Below, one piece after another: positions 1-12,715 of a stretch of 64,000 nt of DNA (positions are counted from its first letter, which is position 1; each line of letters opens with the position of its first letter). Position numbers and translations under genes: made by a program. This DNA comes from Paramecium tetraurelia (Eukaryota). The DNA lies in the NCBI GenBank assembly GCA_000165425.1, contig CT868452.1, forward strand, positions 310,001 to 374,000, read 5' to 3'. Below the pieces are notes generated by a model that was not told the DNA's origin, made no database searches, and was given only the letters and a program-made list of their open reading frames with translations.

Positions 1-234
1 ATGAGTCAATTTTGATAATTTATAGAAAAGATCGACTAATTGTCTGAATTCAGAGATTAAAGAGATGCAGACAGAAAATAATACACTGCTGAACTTGAAT
101 TAGAGAATAACACCTATGCTGAAGAAACCGATACCTACACCAACTTAAAGAATGAATTCACAAGAGAACTTGGAATCAGTGAATAAGCTTTATCTGTTGT
201 CCAAAGTGCTGATTTCTCAAACATCTAAGTTTGA
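1..234 (+). CDS. 3' end of a probable trichocyst matrix protein (TMP)-family gene (partial)
   Basis: Ciliate-code translation ...KIDQLSEFRDQRDADRKQYTAELELENNTYAEETDTYTNLKNEFTRELGISEQALSVVQSADFSNIQV*, an acidic coiled-coil C-terminus resembling TMPs; intron 5-25; TGA 232-234; lies next to another TMP-like gene. Confidence 0.6.
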
Positions 235-342
235 AAGGAATGAATTATTTAGGTTTCTTCTTAATCAAGCACAAATATTTTTTCAATTTTTTTTCTTTTT
301 TTAATCTTATCACAAATTATCGTTTTTTATATTATTAAAAAT

Positions 343-1509
343 ATGAAGTTTATAGTCTTAGTATGTCTTGCTTTGTTAGTCACAGCAAATGACTATGAAT
401 TACTTTCTGAATTATCCCAATATGAATTTGGAAAAACAATCATAGCTACAATGCAAATCTCCCTATCAAGTGAAGAGTATATACCATGTAATAATAATTG
501 CATAGCTCAAATATCGATGGAATCGTTCATCAATTGAAATCCATGTAAACTAATGCATAAAGTGACTTAGAAGAAAATACTTAGAATTTGAGACATTAAC
601 AAGAACTCTGCAATCTTCGTTTTGATGAAATTTAAGGCGTTATTGATTCTGCTTCAGCCAAAAAGGCATCAGATGAACAATTATTCCCTCTCAGACAAGA
701 AGAATTGATTGCCAAAAATTAATAACATAAAGATAAAGTAGGATAAGACTAAAAAATCAAAGACAGACTATCTGCTTTGGATAAGGCAAGAGAAGAAGAT
801 AAAGTAAATTATTTACAATAAATTACTATAGAAAGCATTTGAAGCTAAATAAACAGAATCTGTTGAATTTATCCAAGGATTGAAGAAAGCTAAATCCATC
901 GTTTCATAACTCAATAGTAATTTCATCTAAGTTGCTGATGTCAAGTCTAAATTACATAAACATTTAGAATCCTTACACAATAAGTAAACACCTTATAATG
1001 GACTTGTTAAGATGTTAGTAGCAGCATCAGGAGATGAAAACGTTTCTAAAGTCGTATAAATTATTGATGAATTAATTGAAGTAACCAATCTATTCAATAT
1101 TTAAAGTCTTTGGAACATTTATAAAAGGTTGGACATAAAGGAGAAAAAGCTAAGGAAGAACTTTATCTCTTATAAAAAGAAAGATATGAATTAGAAAGTA
1201 AGACTCTTGAAACAAGTTTGGCTGATTTGAATGCAGATGCTGAAAAATTGAGATAAAATTTATTAGAATTAAAGAATGATATTGAATCTAAAGGATAATT
1301 GTTAGATGTTAAGAACTAAGAAAAGGCTGATTGGTAAAAGACTTGTGACGATGAATTGAAAGGTCACTAAAATATGAGATAATAAAAGTATAGAATCCAC
1401 ATTTATCATTAGAAACACTGAGCTTGGAATCATCAACGAATGCATCGAAATTTTCACAAGCAGATTCAACGATGGAATTAAGAGTTACATTCAAAAACTA
1501 GAAATATGA
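343..1509 (+). CDS. Trichocyst matrix protein (TMP/GRL family) precursor
   Basis: Signal peptide MKFIVLVCLALLVTA, then ELSQYEFGKTIIATMQISL (TMP 'FG+T+...+QL' motif), coiled coils, single Cys in each half, basic central linker, C-terminal ELGIINECIEIFTSRF; four short GT..AG introns; TGA 1507-1509. Confidence 0.8.
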
Positions 1510-2682
1510 TTCAATTTATAGAAAATAAATAAAATTATTATATGCTGTTTCTCTCTTTATACTTCATTTTAATATTTTATTTCCTAACAATCGTAAACTT
1601 CAAACGATCAAGTTTAGTCTATTTAGTTATGCATGTGAAGAATTTGTTGGAATTGATTAATTGGATTACTATTTGCCTTATAAAAATCTATTTTCATTTC
1701 TGTCCATTGTAATCATTTCATAATTATAATAATAAGATACATCTATAGAAGAATTTATAAAATATAATTCATATAAATGATAAATTAATTTATAGTAATA
1801 ACAATTATAAATCACAGAATTATGACACTGGTAAATGATTAAGATATTTGGGTAGGTAAAAATTTATTAGACTAAAATCTAATACAATTGAAGAATGATT
1901 TTTTATAGGGGATATAATTTTTGGCTATTAATTTACACTGAATATCTTTATATAAGTTATGGAAACATTGAATTGATAATCAATAAGTTATAAAATATTT
2001 TTCATTATCTCATCAATCTAATAATTAATGTGCACCAGGACTTTAAATATCCTCAATAAGTAGAACAGAAGAATCTATGCCCTTCAAACACAGTATTATA
2101 GCATATAACTGATTGAAATTATAGTATCTATATAATTTATTTAATGGTCCCTTGAAATAACAAACATTCTAATTTAGATTTTATCTTTATTGCGTTATGC
2201 CTTAGCTAATATTAAAATGAATTTATTTGCTATTTGAAAATACAGTTTAATTATAGATGGTATCTAGGAGAGATGAACTAAAAATGACTTAAAGTAGTTA
2301 GCAATAATCCTATAACTATGCTTCAACTTATTTATTTTATGAAAACTAAAGTAATCTAAGTATTTATAATCTATCTATAGATACGTATTTTTTGTACTTT
2401 TTGGATTATTATTCAATAGATTGAATAAGTACAACCAATTGATTAACCATACCTTAAAATCTTACAAAAAAGAATACTGATCGCAGTGATTTTAAAAACA
2501 AGTTTGACCTTCTCAAGATCAATAAATAATCAAGTAAATAATTTCGCTATTAGATCCCCTCAACCAAATCCTCAATAGGATTAACCAGAGGGAGTAAATC
2601 AGCAACCATTTTGATAATCTTATGTATATTTAAGAAATAAACTTTATAACAGATAAAATTTATAATATTATCTGTTAATTTA

Positions 2683-3260
2683 ATGTCGTCTGCCAATCGA
2701 TTAAATCATAGAAGTGTATTAAGAGAGAAAACTCTTAATTTTTTAAATGTGCCAATAGCTGATTACCTCGTATAATCAATTGATATTTTATTTAGACTCA
2801 ATAAAAGCCAATTACAGAGGATTCATAGTATAAAGCCTTTTAAAGAAATCTTTAACTTTAAAAACAAATTCTAAATGAATAAGATGATGTTCATCAATAC
2901 TAAACTGAATTATTTACAAAATCAGTTAAATAAGAGAGAGTACCAATAATTGTAAATCGTCCATCAGTCTAACATTTTAAACCAACCTTACCGAATGATT
3001 TTGCTATTCCAAATAGAAAATCAGAAACAATTATAAAGTAAATATCTAGAATAGATGATGATTTGGATCAATTAGCTAAAATCTTCTATTAACGTAAACT
3101 TTTGATGAAAGCTTACAATGCATTAGAATAACATGCAGAAAGAAAGAATATTCAAATTGCTGATGAACACAGAGAACTTTAGATCTTCAAAGCCTTTTTC
3201 TAATAATTATAAAAGAAATAAATGATCTAGAATTTTAAGAGAAGTCTAAAACAAAAATGA
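2683..3260 (+). CDS. Hypothetical protein with Sfi1-like helical motifs
   Basis: MSSANRLNHRSVLREK..., one intron near 2770-2795, open to TGA 3258-3260; AKIFYQRKLLMKAYNAL and ADEHRELQIFKAFF motifs. Confidence 0.55.
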
Positions 3261-3983
3261 ATTACTCTACATTTTGACTTGTTTTAATATATATGCACTA
3301 TTGATAAACTTAGAAATACTATTATTATAAATATTTCTACATCTATGCAACATCAAATATTTAATGATATTCATAGAATAAAGAATTCAAAACAACAAAA
3401 TTTTCAGATAATAAGATCAGAAATAATTAAACATCATTATTGATTTGTAATTGGTTATTTATAGATGAGATTAGAGTTGTTTTTAATTAAGAAGCATTTA
3501 GTTACTAAAATAACAGATGCTTATGATAAATTATCTAAAATTGAAGTCCATTCGAATATTGTCTTATTTGGAGTACTTTTATTAAAAAATAAATGAGAAA
3601 TCTTATTAGAGAGAACTAAAATCAAAATGTTGCACAGCTTTAATTGCAGAATGCTACAATATTGCAAATTTAGGTGGTTCAAACTACTTTGGCACTCTCT
3701 TGAGTAAATCCATTAACAGATGTGATAAATTCGCTATAGGATTTAAATAACATTTTATGAATCCGATCTACTTAAATTCGTATTAGTGCTTAAGTCAAGT
3801 GCTAATTAACTATGTTAGTTTCCAGATTAATAAATTGGCTCGGCAGACTTTCAAGACTAAATAGATTCAATAAAATAATGAATTTTATTAAAAACTATAT
3901 ATTCAAAATAATATAAGAATTAAAATCGAAAAATTATATGTATTAGTTTTAAGAGTAATTAAGTGAAAAAATCCATAGTAATC

Positions 3984-4412
3984 TCATTTCTTTTAGTTAA
4001 GGATTTTTTAAACATTAATAATAGCATCTTATCTAAACTGAAAATCGACTTTCATCAATTCTTTTGGCAAACTTTCTTCTTCATCTTAACTATATATTTC
4101 ATCATCAAGTCTAAATGATTTAATCTTTCGTATTGATGCAAGTTTTGCTTTATAAGTTTCAGAATAGCTTGGTTAATTCAAACTTTTAAATTTGCCTGGT
4201 ATTGAATTCTTGGTTGTGAACATAGAATAGCTCTCTAAGAATTGTTTTCTGTAATATTGAGAGTTATCGACACTTTAATCACTTTCTACATTTTAAGAAT
4301 CAGATGAAAATTTCATCACTAACCTTTTATTCTTTTGAATCTTGATTGATTTAATGAGTTAAATGCTTGGCTCGTTTTCAACTTGGTAAATTAAATCAGA
4401 TGGGTCTTACAT
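3984..4412 (-). CDS. Hypothetical protein
   Basis: Uninterrupted ciliate-code ORF MQDPSDLIYQVENEPSIQ...VQKILNQKK*. Confidence 0.55.
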
Positions 4413-4984
4413 TTTTACTTATATATAAATTTATATGAAAATCTGATTTTAGATCGCCATAATTATTCTAGTTTCAAAAATTAAATTACATTGGAACACT
4501 TTAATTGTTTATTTCAGAAAACACAATTCGATTACTAATAATCAATTGCCTATTCTCTTTATTTAAATAAATATAGAACAAAAAATCTAAGTAATCAGTT
4601 ATTTTTATTAAATTATTTGCTCATTGGTTTTGAGCCTAATGTTATCGAACTCTTTGTATTAAAAGTAGGTTCTTATTGTCTAATCTATCAATTTTATCTA
4701 TTTATTCCAAAATGGATTCAGAGTCTATAGAATTGATGAATTAGTTCTTATGAGATAACAAGAAGGAGATTGTAAACTACATAATTTTAGTTAGCAAGAA
4801 TTAATTAAACGGAGAATTAGTCTTAATGATTTAATTTAAAATAATTATTGATATATTTTATTAATTTTATAATGAAACCTAAAAACAAATAAATAAAGAG
4901 AAGTATCAATGAACACAAAAAAAGCAATAATATATAAGTATTTAAAATGATAATGAGGTTCCTTTTTTTAATTCATGTCCTGAG

Positions 4985-6598
4985 ATGGGTACAGAAGATG
5001 GATAAGAGAGTAGAATGAAAAAAGTAGTTGCATATGTATATCTAAAAGAAAACTATGCGGATATAAAATAGTGTAGATCATTCAGTCAAAAAAGAATTAT
5101 ACGATATGGTTTGCCAGAGGAACCAGTTGATTAGAAGAGTGAAAAAGTCAATTCAAAAAAAATAAACATTGGTGCAAGTAAAATTAAAATTCCAGTACAT
5201 CATAATTGGAAAAGCAACGTAGAGGACATAAAAATAGATTAGCAGTATGAAAATTAATTGGATAAACATTTTAAAACAAAGGAATAATAATTTGATTATT
5301 AAGATAAAATAGAATACATGAATTAATATCTATAAGAACTAAATGATATGCATCGAACTTAAAATAAGACTGAGGCAATTAAAAGTATTAGAGCTTTGCA
5401 TAAGAAAAATAGAGACGACCTAAAATCATATGTTAAATATAAAGGATAAAGATTTTTTGAAATTCTACCTCTTTTAAAAAAGAGAAATTCAACTATGATT
5501 GAACAATTAAAATGTTTTCAACCTATCTGCAATTTAGAATTAAAACAAAAAGAGAAGTATTCAGATGAATTATTCAAGCATCTGAATAAAAAGCATGATA
5601 ATAAGTAAGAGTAAGACTAGAAACAATCTAATAACATTTGTATTGATTATCAAGACATTCCTAAACTATCACCATCCTTAAGAAGAACCTTCAGTTAATA
5701 AGAGGTTTTAATTTCAGAGGCTTCAAATTTCAACAAAAATAATTACTTGTTCGAGATTAAAAATGCTAATGAGCATGATGAACAAGTAAAAGCATACACA
5801 ATAAGCAACGAAGAAGCTAAAGATTAATCTAACTTCCAATAGGATCTTAAAATGTACGTTTCTAAACATCTAAATACAAGTGGTTCAGCTGAAATCTCAG
5901 CGATGAACATTTCTTAAATGTAATAGGTAATATTTGATGAAATATAAGAGTTTTATGAATAAGAGGTAATAGGAATTAAAAAGGATGAATAAAAAGACGT
6001 AATTCAATACTTTTAGAACACACACTGAATCCCCGAAGATAAAAAATTCTGTATTTTAGACAACAGCTACATCCTATTAATTTAAATTTTGATGATTAAT
6101 TATTAATTTTTTCAGTTATGAATTAAGTCGAGAATTTGCTTAAACCATCCTTAATTAACAAAAAATCTTAGCCTTTGGATAATACCAAGAATACAGACTT
6201 TTTTAATTAATGGGAATAGTAATTATTGCAAAAAGAAACACAAGTATCTTGTATCATAATACTTAAGTATAGTTAATATAAAAAGAAAGGAAGTTGAAAG
6301 ATAAAGAGAATTAATTGGCTTAAAAGGAGGATATATTAGTTAAAAAGGAATTAAACTTAAATTAGAGAATGATGAAATATTCAACTATTTTAGAATAGAT
6401 TATAGCTTAGAAGTAGACTAAATCAGAGAACTCACTATTGCCATTAAACTCAAATGATAAATCCCATAGAAATAACAATATCAATCAATATTAGAATCGA
6501 GTGATTAATCTATTAAACACTATAAGAAGCAATAGTTAATAGTAGCAACAATTGATCCATTAGTAATCCTATATGGGAAGCACTTTAGAATTGGCTGA
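4985..6598 (+). CDS. Hypothetical protein (boundaries approximate)
   Basis: Long K/E/Q-rich coding-like stretch (MKKVVAYVYLKENYADIKQC...); exon structure not resolved. Confidence 0.35.
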
Positions 6599-6709
6599 TG
6601 ATAGATTCAATAAGAGTACGAAAGTCTTTTAACTGATGTGACAATTACTGCTTAAATTTATATATAAATAATTATAAACAAAAAACACTAAAAGAATGAT
6701 AAGTTGTAT

Positions 6710-8851
6710 TCATTTTCTTTTTTTATTTTAAAATGATTTCCCTATTAATGACTATTTTAAAGTCTCTAACTTAATTGGAAATTCTAGAATATAAAGTTAT
6801 CAATACATGATTCTATTTCCAAATTAGGAATATTCTATTTGTTTTAGGGAATTGAAGTCCTAGTTTTGTAATTCACATAAGACTTATCTGGAGATTATCT
6901 AGGAGATCTTCCTCCTCTTTTTGGAGAACAATTGGATACAAAATTTTGCCTTTGAACTCTACAGCTTTCAAGTAGGAAGGACTTTACTAACCCATTATTG
7001 TTCTATTAACCAAAAGGTATATATTTGATGATATGATTGAACGTTGCTTTTGCTGATTTATAAGGTTATAATTATATTGTTAGAGTATCCTTCATTTTCA
7101 ACACCTTCTCATTGACTTTTTCGCAACTATTGTTAGTAGATAAATTCAAAAATTAAAACTTTTATTTTGGAGATATATCAGAAGGCATCTGTTATCTTCT
7201 TTTGTTACGAATCATCTAATCAAGGAAATTGGCTTGGGTCTTAATGTTATCACTAATATTTCTACTATTTTTGAGGGGAGATATCTAACCCTAAAGAGAA
7301 TTCACTAATCTTCCAGTAGGAGATGAATCATTGAGTTTTTTTTCAGTGATCTTCTACAAGAGTAGTTGGTTTTCTCTTTAAGTTTACATTTGCATTTATT
7401 TAAGTTACTGCAACTTTTACTCCTTGTAGTTGAACTCTGAGACTATGGTGGTGATTGACTCTTCTTAGATAGTATCTAAATTTGAATTGTAATGTTTATG
7501 ATAAGTGGTAATGAGATGATTAATATATTGAGAAGAACAAGCTATATGTTTACATGCAATTTCAATAGCTTTGAGATGATATAATTCACTTAATTTAAAT
7601 TCTTCAGTATTGAAGTCTTTAGTTCCCTATTGTTTTGCTTTTTCTAATTCTATAAATCTTAATTCAGTTGCAATAGTGAAGTATGAGATTGATAATTAAA
7701 TGATCTTTTCCAATAACATTCTTTTGGAAATCTCATATAACATTTCTCCCTGCTATGCAAATTCACTATGAATTAATGGAGTCATGTGCATTATGAAACT
7801 AACATTAAATGATTGTATCCACTCTTCAACATTTTGGACTCCCAAGATTGATCGATAATCATCTGGTTTGTTGTTTATCTTCAGTTCTTGTCGAATGTGT
7901 TTTTCATTGTTTGTTGGATTGTTCTTCCAATAATACAACTATTTCTTAGCCTCTCTTAAAATCAATTGTTCATTATTGGACATATTGTCTAAATCCTAAT
8001 ATCTCAACATATCTAACAATGTATCATTTCCTGAATTAATTACTAATCGACTAAATTCGACCTCATCTTTCATTTAATATTTAGCATTTTTTTGTTTAGA
8101 TTTATAGTTCATAAATGAATGAGTAGTTGCTGATGATTCCAATGATCCATTTTTATTTACCCAATCATTGCAAAATTGTGAGGCTATTTTAAATACTTCT
8201 CTCATAGTTTCCGCAGCCTTTCTAGCTGATTATAACGCCTATTTGTGTCTAATAATTGAATTTAGTCTTACTTTCCCAATTAACTCAATATTGCTGTGTG
8301 TTACAATGAAGCTCTAGCGAGAAATGACTTTTTCTTAACTTAAGTGGCATCACTTTCCTCTTCATTTGTCTCAATATTGTTATTTACATCCTCATCTTTC
8401 ATGCTCTCATCCAGATTGTATATAACTCCAGTCAAATATTTTGAACTTTTGTCTAATATCCATTAACTTTATTGATATATTATTTATAGAGTTACCATTG
8501 ATAACTGCATGCCTGATTATAGAGTATGACAATAATCAGATTCTTATCAATTTATTTGCCACAACTTGTTGCATACTATTATACAATCTACTTCTTTTAC
8601 TTCCAACATTTATTCTGATTATTAAAGTAATTTCATAGCTTCCTAATATTTTTATAGCTTAATTTTGAGAACACCTTAATGATTAAGTTAATTGATTTAT
8701 CTCATGAATTATTCTGATTTCATAGAAGAATCAAATACATACCTTAGTTCTCATATAATTCTCTAAAACCGTTATCTTCAATGACTTCTGCCTCTTCATT
8801 GTCTTCCTACTCTTCTTCTTGTTAATAGTCTTCCAAATTCTTTATGGACAT
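6710..8851 (-). CDS. Hypothetical helical protein (3' end approximate)
   Basis: MSIKNLEDYQQEEEQEDNEE...; internal MLLEKIIQLSISYFTIATELRFIE...SELYHLKAIEIACKHI..YINHLITTYHKHY; S/P-rich tail. Confidence 0.55.
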
Positions 8852-8929
8852 ATATTCGAAATATATATCAATAAGTTAATTAATTTATAATTTATTTTTC
8901 AGATACCAAAATATTATTATTATTTATAT

Positions 8930-10219
8930 AGGTTTCACAAATGATGTGCAGTTTTCTATGATTTAATAGAGTCGTAACACTCCTGCAAATCGACATAAAA
9001 CTTTTTCTATACATCCATCAAACACCAACTTTACTGTTATTTAAAGAGATCTATATCATCTAAAAAGTTGATCTACAGCTGCTCTACTTTCTATTTGTTA
9101 TTATTGATTTGCATTTTCAGTTCGTCTACCTGTGATCTGTAATATTGATTGCCAATCAATTGAGTGTCTTTGTTGATTTAATCTTTTAATTCCTTATATA
9201 GATTGATTAATTTTATTGCTTGATCATAATCCTTAATACTTGCTTCCATTCTGTAAACATACTTCTATCTTAACTTAATTTCGTAACTTTCATAAATTTT
9301 TATGATCGTTTTAAGTGTTGCAAATTCTTCAACTCCCTAACACTCATTCACTAATTCTATTTGTATAATTTACTGAATATGTCAAAACTATTCGATAAAG
9401 ATCTCGCTTATATCTGCAATTTCTAAACTATTTTACAGATATCAGAACTTATTATTTCAGTATTAGACCTATTTTACTCTAATTCTTTCCTATCTTAAGA
9501 TAAATTATCATAATATTTACATTCTTCAAATTATTTGTCATTTTCATCAGGTATTCTATTTATTATTTAGACAGAGTTATAATTACAGACTTTAGAGAAC
9601 ATATTCATAAAGGATATTCCAGTTGTAATAAATATATTAATCATTGATTGAGACTCCTTCATATTCTCAATATAGTGTTGAAACACATCATAATCCTAAT
9701 ATTACATAAATCAGTACTCTTAATTCCTCACTAAAAAACCGTTCTAGACAATCAATTTATTATAGTTTTTTATGACTCAATATTTTTTACATAAAGTACA
9801 CAAATTCTAATTTTCTATATTATTATATGAGATAGTACCTTTTATCTTTATCATAAACTGTCTATTTCTCAGGGAGACTGGGAATCACCCTGCCTATTTA
9901 TTTATTTTGCAATTCATTTTATAACCATAAGAAATGTGTATATCTATAAGTTGTTGATTATTATCAGAATACCTCCTGACAAATTCATGAGACTTTTTGG
10001 TATCTGTTAACAAATCAATTTTGGTTATTGTGAACTTATACTTAACCGTGTCTTTTCCCCTTTGAGATTAATATGAATATTTTACATTTGAGCTGTTTCT
10101 ATTTCAGTTCCAATACATTTGATTTCGTATTGGACACGAGTTTCCTCAACGTAATTCCCTCTTTTAACCACATCAAATATAGCTTAAGAGGTTGTGATAT
10201 GATCATAATTGTCTTTCAT
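8930..10219 (-). CDS. Hypothetical protein (3' end approximate)
   Basis: MKDNYDHITTSQAIFDVVKRG...; coding-like with several short introns. Confidence 0.4.
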
Positions 10220-10245
10220 TTAAATTATTATATAGAAATTAATTA

Positions 10246-10933
10246 TCAAGTGAAAAATTTCTTCTTCAAATGAGATTAGGCAAACACTTATTTAAAATTA
10301 ATCTTATGATTTTGACAAGTAACATTGTTATTGAAAAAATTCTTAGCGAAAGTGAAGTTACAGTCATCATCCTCTTTTTAGATTGAGTCTTCAATTTTTG
10401 GTAACTTAGTGCGTTTATTGTAATTTTGAGAGACGGATTACTTAACTTCTACTAACTTAGGTTTGATGGCTTCTTATTGACTTTGAGGTTAAATGTGCGA
10501 CCTTGAATTCTTTTTCAAGTCATTGAAATCAAAGCGAGTTTTTGATTTCTACGATCGAGTCAACGTGTCAATAATCTTCTGTTTCTGGTTCAAGGATTTT
10601 TTCAGGTTCTCGTTTTCTCGAATAATTAACTAAATCTAATCAATTGGAGATCCATTTAACATTTCAGTGGAGACTCTGTAGGATTTGAAGGCTCGCAATT
10701 ATGGAGAGGGGGAATGACTAAGTTATGAAAAGAGATACTTTGAATCATTATCATTTGTTGAAGGAGTGACTAGAGCTTATTTGAGGACTCGCGGCGTTTC
10801 AGTCGGTATAGAACCTTTGAATTTAATGAGATAATTTACCTATTTGAAGTCTGAAAGGTAGAGGTTTTGGTTTAAAAAGCTAGCAGTTCAACTAGTTGAG
10901 AGCTCCAAAAGATTTAGAATGATGTTAATCCAT
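10246..10933 (-). CDS. Hypothetical protein
   Basis: MDQHHSKSFGALNQ..., short coiled coil IIRENENLKKSLNQKQKIIDTL, ends FAQSHLKKKFFT*. Confidence 0.6.
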
Positions 10934-10960
10934 TATGATTATATAAATAATTATATTTCA

Positions 10961-11939
10961 TCATTGTTTATGTTTTTATATCTCTTTATACCATTCCTCA
11001 AAAATGTTATAGGATTCGTACTGCTCACATATATATTAGATTAGTTGGTCTTCAAATGCATCAATTAATTTCTATTGTTTGAAATCTGTCTCCAATTTCT
11101 ATGGGATATCTTTCTTCATGTTATATCCTGTAAATTTGATTTCCCTTAAGTACAAACCTTATTATGGAGCAATATATAGAGAGTGCTACTGTTGTGAGAA
11201 AGTATCCTGAATGAAGGATAGGTCTTTTTTCTCCTACACGATTTAATAAATAGTTCCTATGATTTTTCTGATTTAATGGTACATGAAACTATTTCCAAGA
11301 ATGGTGAACTTAAGATAGTTCTCGTTGTGAAAATTGAGATTTTGAACCCTGAAATCCTGTATAAATCTTTTTGATGAAGGATCATTGTATTCTTTTTTGG
11401 AGGTGTAATTGTGGAAGTTATGTGTTCCTAAGTACTAATTGCATATATTCTAAACATAGTCCACAGTTGAAAATGAGGGTGATATGTAATTGTACATTCT
11501 TTAATCTGCTTAGTGTTTTACATTAAAAGATTGGGTTACATGTTTGATTGCATTAACTTTAATATCAGATGGCAATTATGAATTCAATTCTTGAATCAAT
11601 AGATCCCAATCGATATTCCACTTATCAACTAATTTATTATTGGTCATAGATGAGCAATATTTTTGATCAATTTGCAATTTCAAGGAGACTACATTACATA
11701 ATGCATGCACTCCTCGATCTGTCCTTGCTCCTCTACTTACTCCTATCTTCTTAATGCTATCTGCATTTAATTCAGACACTAAATTCCTTGATATTATTCA
11801 AAATTACTGTTTTAATAAGTGCATCATAGAGTGTGGATTCCACTGTGGGATACATTTATTGATATTGTAGTCCATGATAATTGGTGCCAATGTATGATAA
11901 CATTAAAGCCACTTTAGTTTTGAATGATTGTTTAATCAT
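10961..11939 (-). CDS. PUS1: tRNA pseudouridine synthase, TruA/Pus1 family
   Basis: KVALMLSYIGTNYHGLQ, catalytic GARTDRGVHALCNVVSL, YLGTHNFHNYT, GNSFMYHQIRKIIG, IAPQQGLYL motifs. Confidence 0.9.
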
Positions 11940-11992
11940 GCAAAATATATCAAATTTTAAATAAATAAAATATCCTTTTTAAAAAAAATATT
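11940..11992. promoter_or_regulatory. Putative bidirectional promoter between PUS1 and RPS5
   Basis: Only 53 bp of AT-rich DNA between the two divergent ATGs. Confidence 0.5.
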
Positions 11993-12666
11993 ATGGCTGA
12001 ATAAGAATCTGTAGCTACAGTCAAATTTGCAAATCAACCTAAATTATTCGGAAAATGGGATTACGATGAAGTTCAAGTAACAGATTAATGCTTCAAAGAT
12101 TATATTGCAGTTCAAACATCAAAATCACGAGTGTTTGTCCCTCACACTGCTGGAAGGTAAAGAGATTGAATAATTATTGTTTATAGATATCAAAGAAAGA
12201 AGTTTAGAAAGGCTTCAATGTCCAATTGTTGAAAGATTGGCTGGTGCACTTATGTTTCATGGCAGAAATACAGGTAAGAAAGTAAAGGCTGTGGCAATAA
12301 TCAGACATGCATTTGAAATTGTTCATTTGTTGACAGGCAAGAATCCACTTGCAGTGTTATCACTTGCAGTCTAAAGAGGTGGAGCAAGAGAAGATTTCAC
12401 AAAAGTAGGAACTGGTGGTGTTGCCAAATAATAAGCAGTTGATGTTGCTCCAATTAGAAGAGTTAATGAGGTAAGGATATCAATCATAATGAAAGGCTGT
12501 TCACAATTTGGCCAAAGGTGTTAGAGATTCTGTATTTAAGAAGATGAAAACAATCGCTGAAGCCTTAGCTGATGAATTGATTGCAGCATCCAATGAAGAC
12601 GGATAAAAGTCATACACTATTAAAAAGAGAGACGAATTAGAGAAAGTTGCCAAAACCAATCGTTGA
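11993..12666 (+). CDS. RPS5: 40S ribosomal protein S5 (uS7)
   Basis: [80 protein letters not shown]; introns 12157-12186 and 12471-12495; one extra base near 12215. Confidence 0.97.
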
Positions 12667-12715
12667 TTTAGATTCATTAATTATAGTACAATACAAATAA
12701 AGATAATTAATTAAA

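Noticed and set aside
12209..12220. +1 frameshift in RPS5 (AAG GCT TCA ATG instead of GCT CAA TGT), with similar ones in eEF2, UPRT and near 13130, as programmed frameshifting or pseudogenes
   Set aside because: No shared slippery motif, and the two eEF2 copies carry different indels. Pervasive +1 frameshifting is a Euplotes trait. Base-calling errors are the simplest explanation.
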